The notes under the pieces are model-generated. The model did not search any database, was not told the DNA's origin, and saw only the letters and a list, made by a program, of their open reading frames with translations. Position numbers and translations under genes: made by a program. From Dictyostelium discoideum (Eukaryota): a stretch of DNA of 64,000 nt. Positions 1 through 10,339 of the stretch are shown here, piece after piece. The DNA is taken from positions 2,784,001-2,848,000 of the forward strand of contig CM000153.2 of the NCBI GenBank assembly GCA_000004695.1, read 5' to 3'. Position 1 is the first letter of the stretch. Each line of letters begins with the position of its first letter.

Positions 1-38
1 GGAAGAAAGGGAATATTTTTTATATATATATTTTTTTT

Positions 39-1261
39 TTAATTCATTCTTAAATAAGAACCTGGAGCAAAACCATAAATACCATTTAATTCACCTTCCC
101 ACCATTCACCTTCTGATTTATGAATTGTAATGATATCACCAGCTCTAAATGATAATTCAGAACTATCAACACCAGTGAAATCATATAATGCTGTGGCAGT
201 TGAACTGCCACCACCACCATATAAAGGTGGTGGAGCAGAAGCACCACCATATGGATTTGGTGTTGATTTTTGTAAATTTAAATTTGAAGGATTTGGTGAT
301 TGATGGATATCTTTATCTACAGTTGAATATTGTTGTTGATCTTGTGCACCTGGTTTCATCTTTATTGACGCATTACTCTTAAATACTGGATCTGATCTTA
401 AATTAATTGATGCTGCTGATCTTTCAACACTTGTAATTACTGGTTGATGATCTCTACCTGAATATTCATCAACATGTTTTGTAAGTGATGGTAATGGACT
501 CCATTCATATGATACTTTTTTATGAAATTCTGATTGATATTTTATTAACTATTTTTTTAAATAACAATAAAAAAGAAAAAAAAGAAAATAATATGTTAAT
601 AATAATTTTAAAAACAAATTAATAATAATTTTAAAAACAAACATACAGAAGCAACTAAATAATCTATAAAAATTAATTTATCTTCATTTAATCTTGGTAA
701 ATCATTTAATAATTCTTCATGTAATGAATCATAACCTTCTTTACAAATTCTTAATTTCTCTTCAGTTGGAGCTAATTTTGCTTTTGAAGAGGAACCAGCA
801 CCTTTTTCACGAAGTTTACCAACTTCATTTTTATAACGATCCATATCAACCTTACGAGTTGTTAATTCTTCAGTACGTTTACGAGCTTCTTTATATTGAG
901 AGATATAGTCTGACAATGGTTTTGTGTATGGTTCTGCCATTTGTTCAGTGTAGTCCAATAAATGTTTATCATTGTTGGTTGCTACATCTCTAAGTTTACT
1001 ACCAGGTGTCCACATTGGATCTTGTGTATCATAGAGATCGCATGCATCTTGAGCAATGTCGGTTGTAATCTTATTCAAGTCTTTATATAACTCAATCAAT
1101 TTCTTTGAATTCTTTTGAATCTTTACTAAACGTTCCTCAGTTGAAAATGTTCTTTCCTTTTCATAATGATATTGTACATCAATTGTTTCTTCACTATGAC
1201 CTGTCTTTGTAAATAACATTTGACGAGTTCTTGCAAATTGTGTTGTAATTTTATTTGACAT
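39..1261 (-). CDS. BAR-domain + C-terminal SH3-domain protein (Rvs167/amphiphysin-like). Model join(1261..647,548..39), one 98-bp intron (GTATGT...ATAG).
   Basis: N-terminal exon MSNKITTQFARTRQ...KEGYDSLHEELLNDLPRLNEDKLIFIDYLVAS has BAR-domain character (compare Rvs167 MSFKGFTKA...). The donor GTATGT directly follows ...VAS. The C-terminal exon ends in a canonical SH3 domain (ALYDFTGVDSSELSFRAGDIITIHKSEGEWWEGELNGIYGFAPGSYL). Phase 0 is preserved across the intron. Confidence 0.7.
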
Positions 1262-1436
1262 TTTTTTTTATTTTTTTTTTATTTTTTTTATTTTTTTTTT
1301 TTATTATACTCTTATTATTATTATTATTATTATTGTTATTATTATATTGTATTCTTATTATTATTATTATATTTTAGTAATACTTTAAATATTTGTACTT
1401 TAATGCTAGATATTCTCCAGAAAAATTTTTATTGTG

Positions 1437-1477
<41 letters not shown>

Positions 1478-1764
1478 AATTAAAAAAAAAAAAAAATTAA
1501 AATTAAAAAAAAAAAAAAAAAAAATTAAAAAAAAATAAAATTAAAAAAAAAAAGCAATAAAACGTGGAATGTTTTTTAATATTAAAAAATTTATCACGAT
1601 TGCGGGTGTCAAAAAAAAAGATGCGCATGCGACCCTTATAAACTTCCTTTGCAGTTTTTTATTTTCACTTAATTATTTTTTTTTTTTTTCAACAAGGTTT
1701 ATTATTATTATTTTTTTTTTTTTTTTCAACAAGGTTTATTATTATTATTTTTTTTTTTTTTATG

Positions 1765-1798
<34 letters not shown>

Positions 1799-1814
1799 TT
1801 TTTTTTCTCTGCAA

Positions 1815-1851
<37 letters not shown>

Positions 1852-2059
1852 CCCAAAATCCCTTTTCTTTTTAATTTTTATCTTTTTCTGATTAAATACT
1901 ATCAACTTAATTTATTTATAAAAAATAAATAAATAAAAAAAAAAAAAAGAATTAATTTTATAATATATTATTAAAATAACAATTCTTTTATTTTATTAAA
2001 ATTTAATAAAGTAATCAAAGTTTGATAGAATTGATTAAAATATATATATATATATATTT

Positions 2060-2976
2060 TTAAAGTAATTTTTCAAAATCAAGATAACTGTTATCACCAG
2101 TATTACAAATTGATTTGAATGATACAACTAAATCACCACCAACAAATTTCCAAACCCAATAATCAGATTGTTTTGAATCAAATTTGAATACGATTTTAGC
2201 ATTTGGAGCGATTTCTTGTAATGCTTCAAGTACCATTGCATCAGCACTTCTTGTTGCAAGATTGTAACAAATGTTTGTAACTATTTCACTGAAAATGTCA
2301 CCAATTCTTTCTTGATAAGTTGGTTCAATATTTGGATAAACAGTTTCCAATGAACTTTCATCATATGACCAATCCATTTTAGTAACTTCTTTAGCTTTTT
2401 CTAAAGCTTCAGTGAACTTTTCAGCATTCTCTTTGAGATTAATACGAGCTGGTAATGAGAAAACACCTGGTGATGGAATTACACTTGCAAGTTTAAAATA
2501 TTTAACATCGGAAATGTTTGCAATACTTGGTCTAAAGTGAACTCTTAAATCACCATTAACAAATTCGTATGCCCAATATTGAGTGAATTTTTTATCTTCA
2601 TTTGGTGCAACAATAATCTTTTGATTGGTGTTGGCTTCTAATAAAGCTTCTTTAATCATTTCATCTTTGGTTTGTTCTGCAATACATTCGGCAACACTGG
2701 TGGCAACTTCTTTATAGAAACATTCACCTAATGATTCTTGAACGTATGTATCTTTACATTTTGATGTAATAAGATCAAAATCAAATTCAAAAGTCCAATC
2801 AACTCCTAATGCTGATTTAATTGTTTCATGAGCATTTTTTAAGTGTTCTTCATTATCTCTTAATGATTTTCTTTGACCTGGAAAAAAACAAATATAAAAA
2901 TATTAATATTTTTATTTTTTTATTAATATTATTATTTTTTTTTTTTTTTTTAATATTTACTTAATGGGAGAGGCAT
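2060..2976 (-). CDS. Uncharacterised protein with two internal ~110-aa repeats. Model join(2976..2961,2877..2060); 16-nt first exon (MPLPL), 83-bp intron.
   Basis: Short first exon ATGCCTCTCCCATTAA|GTAAAT; acceptor TTTTTTTCCAG; the phase-1 junction continues into the long ORF. Internal duplication visible (..YWAYEFVNGDLRVHF.. / ..YWVWKFVGGDLVVSF..). I recognise no family. Confidence 0.5.
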
Positions 2977-3620
2977 TTTATTTATTTAGTTTTTTTTTTT
3001 TGATTAAAATTTAAATGTTTATTAAAAAGTTGATTTTTAGTTAATGAAAAAAAAAAAAAAATTTCTTTGTTTAAATACTTTTGAAATTTTAAAATTTTAA
3101 TTAAAATTATAAAATTAAAAAATTGTACAAAAATGCACCATCGTTATTTTACCAATTTCATATCAGAAATAAAATAGAATGATTTTTTTTTAAGATAGTT
3201 AATCGATGAAAGGTTCAATCATTAAAAAAAAAAAAAAAAAAAAAAATCAATAAATATCTAAAAATCAAATTTATTTAGTTAATAATTTTGATAGATTCAG
3301 CGAAATTTTTTTCAATAAATGAACAAATTTTTTTTTTTTTAGTTAGTTTTTTTTTTTTTTTTTTTTATTTTTTTTTTTTTTTTGTTGAAAAAGGAACCTT
3401 AAGGGTTTTATTATTAATGTTACTATTAATATAATAATTTTTTTATTACTTTAAATAGTTTTGAATTGATATATTAATTTTTAAAAATAGTCATTAGTTG
3501 TATTAATTTTTAAAATAATCATTAAGTGCACTAATTTTATTAATTTTATGGTTTGATATCCTTGGTTTAATACAAAACCTTAACTCAAAAATAGTTTAAT
3601 TCATTTTTTTAAAAAGTTTA

Positions 3621-3732
3621 TTGTAAAAACCATTCAAATTTGAACACTTTTTGTAATTTCAAATATTTTTATATTCAAAATTTGAAAATTATACACTTTT
3701 TGTAAGTGCTAAAACTTGAATGGTTTTTACAA
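3621..3732. repeat. Imperfect inverted repeat / hairpin: ~27-bp arms (ttgtaaaaaccattcaaatttgaacac / gtgctaaaacttgaatggtttttacaa) around a ~55-bp loop, with an internal direct repeat acactttttgtaa.
   Basis: Read directly from sequence in an otherwise low-complexity intergenic region. Confidence 0.6.
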
Positions 3733-4153
3733 TAATATTTTATTTTGAAAATTAAAGGGGACTTTGGTAGGAATAATAATAGTTTTTTTTTTTTTTTTTA
3801 TTTTTTTATTTATTTTTTTTAAGGTAATTTTAAATTAAATTTGGACGCTGCACAAAAATGTTCATTGCAAAAAGATTATATGTATAACCAAAAAAAAAAA
3901 AACATCTGAGACTTTTCTCTTTTTTTTTTTTCAAAAAAAAAAATTCACACTCCTATCTTTAAAAAAAAAAAAAAAAAAATCAAAAACAGTATCTATGCAA
4001 ATTATTAATGATGGCGATGTGTCATTGATATTTAAGAAGCCAGTAAATTTAATTTTGGTAAATTTTTTAAAATATTTTTGGGGAAAGATATTGCTAATTA
4101 AATTTTTTTTTTTTTTTTTTTGATATTATATTTTTTTTTTTTTTATTTTTTTA

Positions 4154-4257
<104 letters not shown>

Positions 4258-4465
4258 TTATAAACAAACAAATAATAATTGAATTTTTTTAAATTTGAAA
4301 TTAAAATATCTTCTTAAGATTTTTTTTTTTTTTTTTTTTCTTTGATTTTTTTTTGATTTGAAAGTCAATCTGTTTTTTTTTTCATTTTATTTTTTTTATT
4401 TTTTTTATTTTTTTTATTTTTTTTATTTTAAAAATAATAACACCAAACCCAATATATACATAAAA

Positions 4466-4686
4466 ATGGATAATTTAAAGGAAATAAATAATGATAAATT
4501 ATTTTTTAAAGTTTTTAGAAATATTTATTTAAAAATGGTTATATTTTATCATATTAAATTATTAAATTATTATGAAATTAAAGATAATTATACATTTACA
4601 ATAGAACAATTTCAATCATTTAAATTTAAAGATCATTTATTAAAGTTAAGATTAATAGAACCAATACAAAAATTAGCAGCAGCAGC

Positions 4687-4724
<38 letters not shown>

Positions 4725-6220
4725 ATAATTATTATACAAAAGGTGAACTTTCAAAATTAATACCAAATTCAGTTAAAAGTTTATCAATAGATATTAATAA
4801 TCAATTAGTAGTTGGTGATATAAAAGATGGTTTAACAAGTTTAAAATTTGGTAAAAGATTTGATCAAATATTAACACCAGGATTATTAGTAACGGATGGT
4901 TCATCATTGGTTGAGTTTAATTCAGGTAGTGCATTTAGGAATGGTGATTTAGATTTACAAGTTGGGTCAATACCTTCATCTATTAAATCATTAACATTAG
5001 GTCACAGTTTTAATTCAGTTATTAATGAAAATGTTTTACCAGAAGGATTGGTAAAATTAAGATTTAAAGGATTTAATAAAATGATTGTAAGGAATTCTTT
5101 ACCAAATTCATTATTGGAATTGGAATTTGGTAGAAATTTCAATAGAGCTATAAGTGCGCATGGAACATTACCAAAATCATTGACATCGCTAACGTTGGGT
5201 ATCCACTTTACCCATGTTATCCATATTGGTACTTTACCACCAACACTAAAGAAACTAATTATTCAATCGGTTGGATATAATCAAAAATTTGAAAAAAAGG
5301 CATTACCAGATTCATTGGAGCATTTGGAGTTCAATAAAAATGGGTTCTTTAATCAACCAATTGCTGATAAATTTTTACCACCAAATTTGAAGACTTTGAT
5401 TCTTCCAAAACAATGGTCAAATAATTATGAACCAATTCTAGCACTCCAATTACCAATCAATTTAACTGATTTACAATTTTACTCGAATGAATGTTCTTTA
5501 TTTTTACAAAATGATTCAATACCATCAACAGTTTTAAATTTGAGGATTAATGGTATACTTGGTAATCATTATAGTTTTACAAGGGGTGCTAAAAGGTTAC
5601 AAGGAAATATTATACCTCCATCTATTACCTCTATTGAAACTGGTACGGTTATTAATCTTTCACATTGTATAAATTTAAAGAATTTCAAATTTGATGAAAG
5701 TTTTGATCAGAGGTCTCTATCAAAAGGTTATATACCATCAACTATAACAAATTTAAAACTTCCACCATTATGGAATAGAGAATTGGTATGTGCTAATGGT
5801 TTTGATTTATTTCCAAATTGTTTAAAATTTTTAGATTTAGCATCTTATAATTATCCAATTGGTGAAAATGTTTTACCACCAAATTTAGAATCATTAATAA
5901 TTAATAGTTGGAATTTACCAATTGAAAAAAATACATTACCTCAATCTATAACTTATTTATCAATGAAATCATTCAATCAAAGATTAACTCCATCATCTTT
6001 ACCAAAAAATTTAAAAACTTTAATTCTTCATAAATATAATGTATTATTAGTACCAAATTGTTTCCCACAATCAATTAGACTTATAAAACTTGGTTCAATC
6101 TTTGAAAGAAACAATATCCTATATCCATTCAATAATAATGTTACAATTATATTTGGTAAAAATGATATTAATTTTCCAATTTATCCAAAATTTGAAAATA
6201 AATTACGTTGTAGTGCATAA
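4466..6220 (+). CDS. FNIP-repeat protein (Dictyostelium-type FNIP/DUF repeats), single exon
   Basis: Recurrent ~22-aa units (..LP.SL..L.FG..FNQ.I..G.LP..L..L..) throughout. The real start is most likely ATG at 4466 (AAAAATGG context, MDNLKEINNDKLFFKVFRNIYL...); the 4358 start in the ORF track is poly-T read-through. Confidence 0.75.
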
Positions 6221-6282
6221 ATAAATAAAATAAATAAAAAAAAAAAATTATTTTATTTTTTATACTAATTAGTATTTTATTA

Positions 6283-7622
6283 TCATTTTAATGGTTCTGG
6301 ATTATTAAAATGTGTTTGAAATCTATTAATTAATAAATTATTTGATTTTAATATTCTTGATATAAATGAACCAAAATTTAAATTTGAATTAATTTGAGTT
6401 AAACCATCTTTTGGACCTAGTGATAGACTAATGATTGGTGGTAATAATTTATGTTTTGCAAGTTGGTTTTTATTTTTACCATTTGATAAATCTTTTATAA
6501 CTTTAGCTACTATATTCCCATGTGAAAGTGCATTGTATGTGGTTTTAAGTTCATCAAAATCTGTAATATCACCAATTGCAAATATATTATCGTATCCTTG
6601 AACTTGACAACTTTGATTAACTTTAATTTGACCAATTTCATTAATTTCATTTGAAAAATTAGTTTTATAAGATTCACTATTTAATTTAATACCAATTGTC
6701 CAAATTACAAAATCAGATTCAATTGATAACCCATTTTTAGTTTTATATGTTTTTAATGAAACTTGAAAATTTGGTGATGTTTGATTAATAAAACATTGTT
6801 TTATATCATCTGGAATTTCAATTCTATCATTTAATATAACTGAAACGTTTCTTTTTTTCATAGATTCATTAATTAAATTATTGAATTTATTATTTGTTTT
6901 GGATGATACTAATTTATTACCACTATGAACAATCGTAATTTTCTTTGCCAATTCTTTGTTTTTAATTGGATATTTATTAATAATTTCTCCAACAACTTCA
7001 CAACCTACTGAACCACCCCCAACTATTAATATACTTTTAGCTTGTTTAATTTGTTCTGATATGTCTTTATAGTAATTAAAAATTTCAGTACCTGATATTT
7101 TTTCTAATGGTGCTTTAAAAGGTGCCAATGAATTTGAACCAGTTGCAATTACTAAATAATCAAATGTTAATTCTTTACCATCTTCTAATTTTACAAGAGT
7201 TGGTGAAATTTCAATAACTGTACCATAAATAAATTTACCATTTTTCAATAGTTTATCATATGGTATATATATTTTTTTTGCCAATTCTGGTTCAACTATT
7301 GCTCTTATTGATGCAATACTATTAAAAAATGTTTGTTTTCTTTCAACAACAGTTACTTCAAAATTTGAATCTAATAATTTTGCAACTTGGCTACCTCCAA
7401 AACCACACCCAATTATTAAAACTCTTTTCTTTTCACAATCTCTTGTAATACTACTAAAATAATTAAAAATCTCTATTAATTTAATTAAAATAATATAAAA
7501 AAAAAAAAATTAATTATCTATTTTTTTTTTTTTTTTTTTTTTTTTTATTAATTAAAACAAATTAAATAATTTAAATATATTTTACTTTTTAAAGATTCTG
7601 AAATATTATAAAGGTAATTCAT
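6283..7622 (-). CDS. AIF/AMID-like (AIFM2/FSP1-type) FAD-dependent pyridine-nucleotide-disulfide oxidoreductase, paralog 1. Tentative model join(7622..7586,7472..6283); 5' end uncertain.
   Basis: Colinear with the paralog at 10340..11503 from ..EKKRVLIIGCGFGG (Rossmann GxGxxG) to the C-terminus. The homologous ORF continues above the track's TTG start (7284) to ~7472 with no in-frame ATG, so it needs an upstream exon. The only candidate is ATGAATTACCTT...TTAAAAA|GTAAAA (7622..7586) joined to acceptor TTAATAG|AG at 7474/7473, which preserves frame. It could instead be 5'-truncated. Confidence 0.55.
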
Positions 7623-8017
7623 TTTTTAATAAAAATGAATTATATAAAATAAATTTATATAAACTATTTAGGATTATGATGTGTTGGAATAAAGATTAAG
7701 ATTAAGATTGATATTTTTTTTTTTTTTTTTTTTTTTTATAAATGGCATTTAAACATTTTAACAAGCAAGAATTACGAAATTAAATTAAAAATAATTTTTT
7801 TTTTTTTTTCATTATACCAAAGGGTGTTGCCAAATCAGAATTATGAAACCAAAAAAAAAAAAAAAATCTTAAAAAATTGTAAAAAAATGCATTCCATTTT
7901 AGAAGAGAAGAATAGAATTTTCTATTTGATTTTTTTTTTCCTTTTATTGATAATGGATTATTGTTTTTAATAATTATCTTATGAAAGATTGATTCTTAAA
8001 AAAGTTTTTTTTTTTTT

Positions 8018-8150
8018 TTATTCACCTGTTAAAACAATTTAATTTTACACAAAAAAAAAAAAAACTGGGCTAACTTTTTAATTTTTTTTTTTTTTTTTTT
8101 TATTCACCTGTTAAAACAATTTAATTTTACACAAAAAAAAAAAATATTTC
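8018..8150. repeat. Direct repeat (2 x ~50 bp: tattcacctgttaaaacaatttaattttacacaaaaaaaaaaaa) separated by ~25 bp
   Basis: Near-identical copies at 8018-8062 and 8096-8150. Confidence 0.8.
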
Positions 8151-8178
8151 CTTTGGGCTTGTTCCATAAAATCAAAAG

Positions 8179-8240
8179 GACAGTTGACGAAGTTTTTCTT
8201 TGAATGTAAGGAAATGTTAGATTTGCTGTAAGGTCAACTT
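8179..8240 (-). ncRNA. Class I RNA-type small ncRNA gene (copy A, ~62 nt)
   Basis: The minus strand reads AGTTGACCTTACAGCAAATCTAACATTTCCTTACATTCAAAGAAAAACTTCGTCAACTGTCC, then TTTTG. It has the 11-nt Class I motif CCTTACAGCAA next to a 5' AGTTGAC / 3' GTCAACT terminal stem. A DUSE-like ACCCAAAA box lies ~86 nt upstream on the same strand. Confidence 0.6.
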
Positions 8241-8325
8241 ATAATGTGATTACTTTTATATTTTTCACATTTTAGTTTTAATAACAAAAAATATAAAATT
8301 GAAAACATAAAAATAAAAAATAGGA

Positions 8326-8333
8326 TTTTGGGT
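8326..8333 (-). promoter_or_regulatory. DUSE-like box (ACCCAAAA) upstream of Class I RNA copy A
   Basis: Matches the Dictyostelium upstream sequence element consensus (A/T)CCCA(C/T)AA with one mismatch; position fits the downstream small RNA gene. Confidence 0.45.
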
Positions 8334-8434
8334 TCCACTTTGTTCTCATTAAATAAAAAATTTGTTTCTTTTTTTTTTTTTTTCAATTTTTTTTTTAAAT
8401 TTTTTTTTTAAAATTTTTTCATTTTTTCCCGAAA

Positions 8435-8442
8435 ACCCATAA
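8435..8442 (+). promoter_or_regulatory. DUSE box (ACCCATAA) ~60 nt upstream of the candidate ncRNA starting ~8500
   Basis: Perfect match to the (A/T)CCCA(C/T)AA consensus. The inverted-repeat arm conserved with the 9145-9312 copy begins at 8500, 58-63 nt downstream. Confidence 0.55.
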
Positions 8443-8499
8443 AAAGTTTTTATCAACCAAAAACTCCATTTTTAATTGAAATTCTAACATATGTTTAAT

Positions 8500-8763
8500 G
8501 GGCATATCAGGACATCGAGTTTAACACCTATTCAGACTCCAGAATACAAATTAATTTGAGCGGCAACGTTCTTATCAATCTGCAATACTCATATCATCTT
8601 AGAGGAATGATTGAAAAATCATAATTCTGATGGAGTACAAAAAATGCTGAGAAGTAACAGCATTAAAATAAACATTTAGACTATAGTTGTGAGTCTTAAA
8701 TTCCAACCAGTCAGTAGTGGCTAAAAATCTACAAAACATAAACTCGATCTGATAACTGAAATG
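8500..8763 (+). ncRNA. Candidate DUSE-driven ncRNA (~260 nt, class unknown)
   Basis: Starts GGGCATATCAGGACATCGAGTTTAAC... at the expected DUSE-to-TSS distance and ends at a T6 run (tgtcttttttatttttt). The 5' segment (catcgagttt) can pair with the 3' segment (aaactcgatc), giving a terminal stem. The first ~140 nt are ~90% identical to the inverted copy at 9145-9312. Confidence 0.4.
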
Positions 8764-9144
8764 TCTTTTTTATTTTTTTTTTATTTTTTTTTTTTAATAA
8801 TGATTACAGTAATGATGTGACAACATCCCTATTTATAAAAACAAAAACAGTATTATATACAACAGATCACCTGTCCTCCCAATAAAAGAAGTTTAAAAAA
8901 AAAAAAAAAAATTATTATAACTATAAACAACATTCGATAGAATATAAAATAATAGTAAATTTGGGTATAAATAACAATAATAATAAATAATATTTACATC
9001 AAATTTAATATTTATTTATTAATTATTAATTAATGTTTATTTTAATATTTAAGCTATTAAAAAAAAAAATAAAAAAATAAAAGAAAAAAAATTATTTAAT
9101 TATTATTTTTTTTTTAAACACTGATTAATCAATGGATATGTGAA

Positions 9145-9312
9145 TAATAAAAATAAAATAAATTTGTCAAATGAGATTATGTTCGGAGCACTGAATCTGG
9201 AATACAGTAAAGTTTGCACCTAATTCCTCTGACGATAGAGGAGTGCAGATTGATAAGAATGTTGCTCAAATTAATTTGTATTCTGGAGTCTGAATAGGTG
9301 TTAAACTCGATG
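9145..9312 (-). ncRNA. Second, inverted copy of the candidate ncRNA (~170 nt; shares the 5' ~140 nt with the 8500 copy, then diverges; ends at T-runs). No DUSE upstream, so possibly a pseudo-copy.
   Basis: The reverse complement of 9228-9312 matches 8500-8583 at ~95%; similarity extends more weakly to ~9200. The 3' terminal ~55 nt recur at 63097-63160. Confidence 0.3.
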
Positions 9313-9449
9313 TCTTGATATGCCCATTTTAAGTATATTTAAAATTAATTTGTTAGTTATCTTATAATTTGATTAACTTTTTATGTGTGTTTAAAAAAAA
9401 AAAAAAAAAGAAGAGAATAAAAAAAAGTTAAATTTTGTTTAACAATCAA

Positions 9450-9457
9450 TCCCAAAA
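9450..9457 (+). promoter_or_regulatory. DUSE box (TCCCAAAA) upstream of Class I-like copy B
   Basis: Consensus match; ~72 nt upstream of AGTTGACC. Confidence 0.45.
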
Positions 9458-9527
9458 ATTATTTTTTGGTTTTTAAATTCTGAAAAAAAACAAATTTTAA
9501 TTTTATTTTAAAATGTGAAAACAATTA

Positions 9528-9579
9528 AGTTGACCTTTAAGCAACTTTCTACATTCAAAGAAATCCTTCACCAACTGTC
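9528..9579 (+). ncRNA. Class I RNA-like gene, copy B (degenerate motif CCTTTAAGCAA; strong T8 terminator)
   Basis: AGTTGACCTTTAAGCAACTTTCTACATTCAAAGAAATCCTTCACCAACTGTC + TTTTTTTT. Colinear with copy A (same internal CATTCAAAGAAA segment) but in the opposite orientation, with a weaker terminal stem. Confidence 0.45.
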
Positions 9580-9774
9580 TTTTTTTTAATTTTATATTAT
9601 TTTTTTTTTTTATTTTTTTTTTTATTAATAACTTTTCCTTTCCATCATCTAATTTTTTGATTTACTTAATGTAAATTTGTGATTCTTGAAGGAAAAAATA
9701 GGATTTTTGGTTATTTAAAAAAAAAAAAAAAAAATCTTAATTATTTTTTTGATAATTTAATAAGAAAATAAAAA

Positions 9775-9814
<40 letters not shown>

Positions 9815-9820
9815 ATTCTG

Positions 9821-9828
9821 TCCCACAA
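9821..9828 (+). promoter_or_regulatory. DUSE box (TCCCACAA, perfect) upstream of Class I copy C
   Basis: Perfect consensus; ~89 nt upstream of AGTTGACC, the same spacing as copy A. Confidence 0.5.
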
Positions 9829-9915
9829 AATTATTTTTTATATAATATTTTTTTAATAATTAATTTTTTAATTCTTTTTTTTAATGTGTAAAACATTTAA
9901 GTTAACACATAATTA

Positions 9916-9973
9916 AGTTGACCTTACAGCAAATCTTACAATTTCATCCTAAGAAAAAATACAGTCAACTGTC
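9916..9973 (+). ncRNA. Class I RNA-type small ncRNA gene (copy C, ~58 nt)
   Basis: AGTTGACCTTACAGCAAATCTTACAATTTCATCCTAAGAAAAAATACAGTCAACTGTC + TTTTTTT. Perfect CCTTACAGCAA motif, a 7-bp terminal stem (AGTTGAC/GTCAACT) and a T-run terminator. Confidence 0.65.
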
Positions 9974-10234
9974 TTTTTTTAAATTTTTTTTTGGGATAAC
10001 CATTATTACCTCTCGTTTTAAAAACCAAAAAAAAATGATTTGGTTGGATTGTTGTATCTTTTTTTTTTTTTAATGTCAAATTTGTATTTTTAAATAAAAT
10101 TAAAAAAACAAATAAAATAATCCAAGATTTTAAATTAAAAATAATAAAAATAAAAAAATTAATAAAGGTAATTTAAATTTTATATTTCATAAACTCATTA
10201 ATCCTATTTTAAAATAAAGATATAGACAATTTTC

Positions 10235-10265
<31 letters not shown>

Positions 10266-10339
10266 TTTTAATATACTTAATAAATAATTTTTATTTTTTT
10301 ATTTTTATTTTTATTTTATTTTTTTTTTTTTTTTTTTTT

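Noticed and set aside
1569-1874. ORF-track entries made of poly-F/poly-I/poly-L/poly-K (e.g. 1569..1874, 11817..12068, 12902..13416, 19330..19530, 19921..20258, 22332..23533, 29406..29679, 53106..53614)
   Set aside because: These are translations of homopolymer runs or (ATT)n/(AAT)n microsatellites in the wrong register or strand. They have no start context, no complexity, and they overlap or oppose real genes.
4358-4465. Upstream part of the FNIP ORF (MKVNLFFFSFYFF...)
   Set aside because: Poly-T read-through; the first plausible start is ATG 4466 (MDNLKEINNDKLFFKVF). The ORF track also treats GTG/TTG as starts (e.g. 14325, 7284, 36116, 37925), so track start coordinates were not trusted.
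8500-9312. Possible identity of the inverted-repeat RNA candidates as U2, U6 or SRP RNA
   Set aside because: Only short chance-level matches to the U2, U6 and 7SL consensus were found, and the invariant U2 GUAGUA, U6 ACAGAGA/AGC and U5 loop sequences are absent. Left as class unknown.
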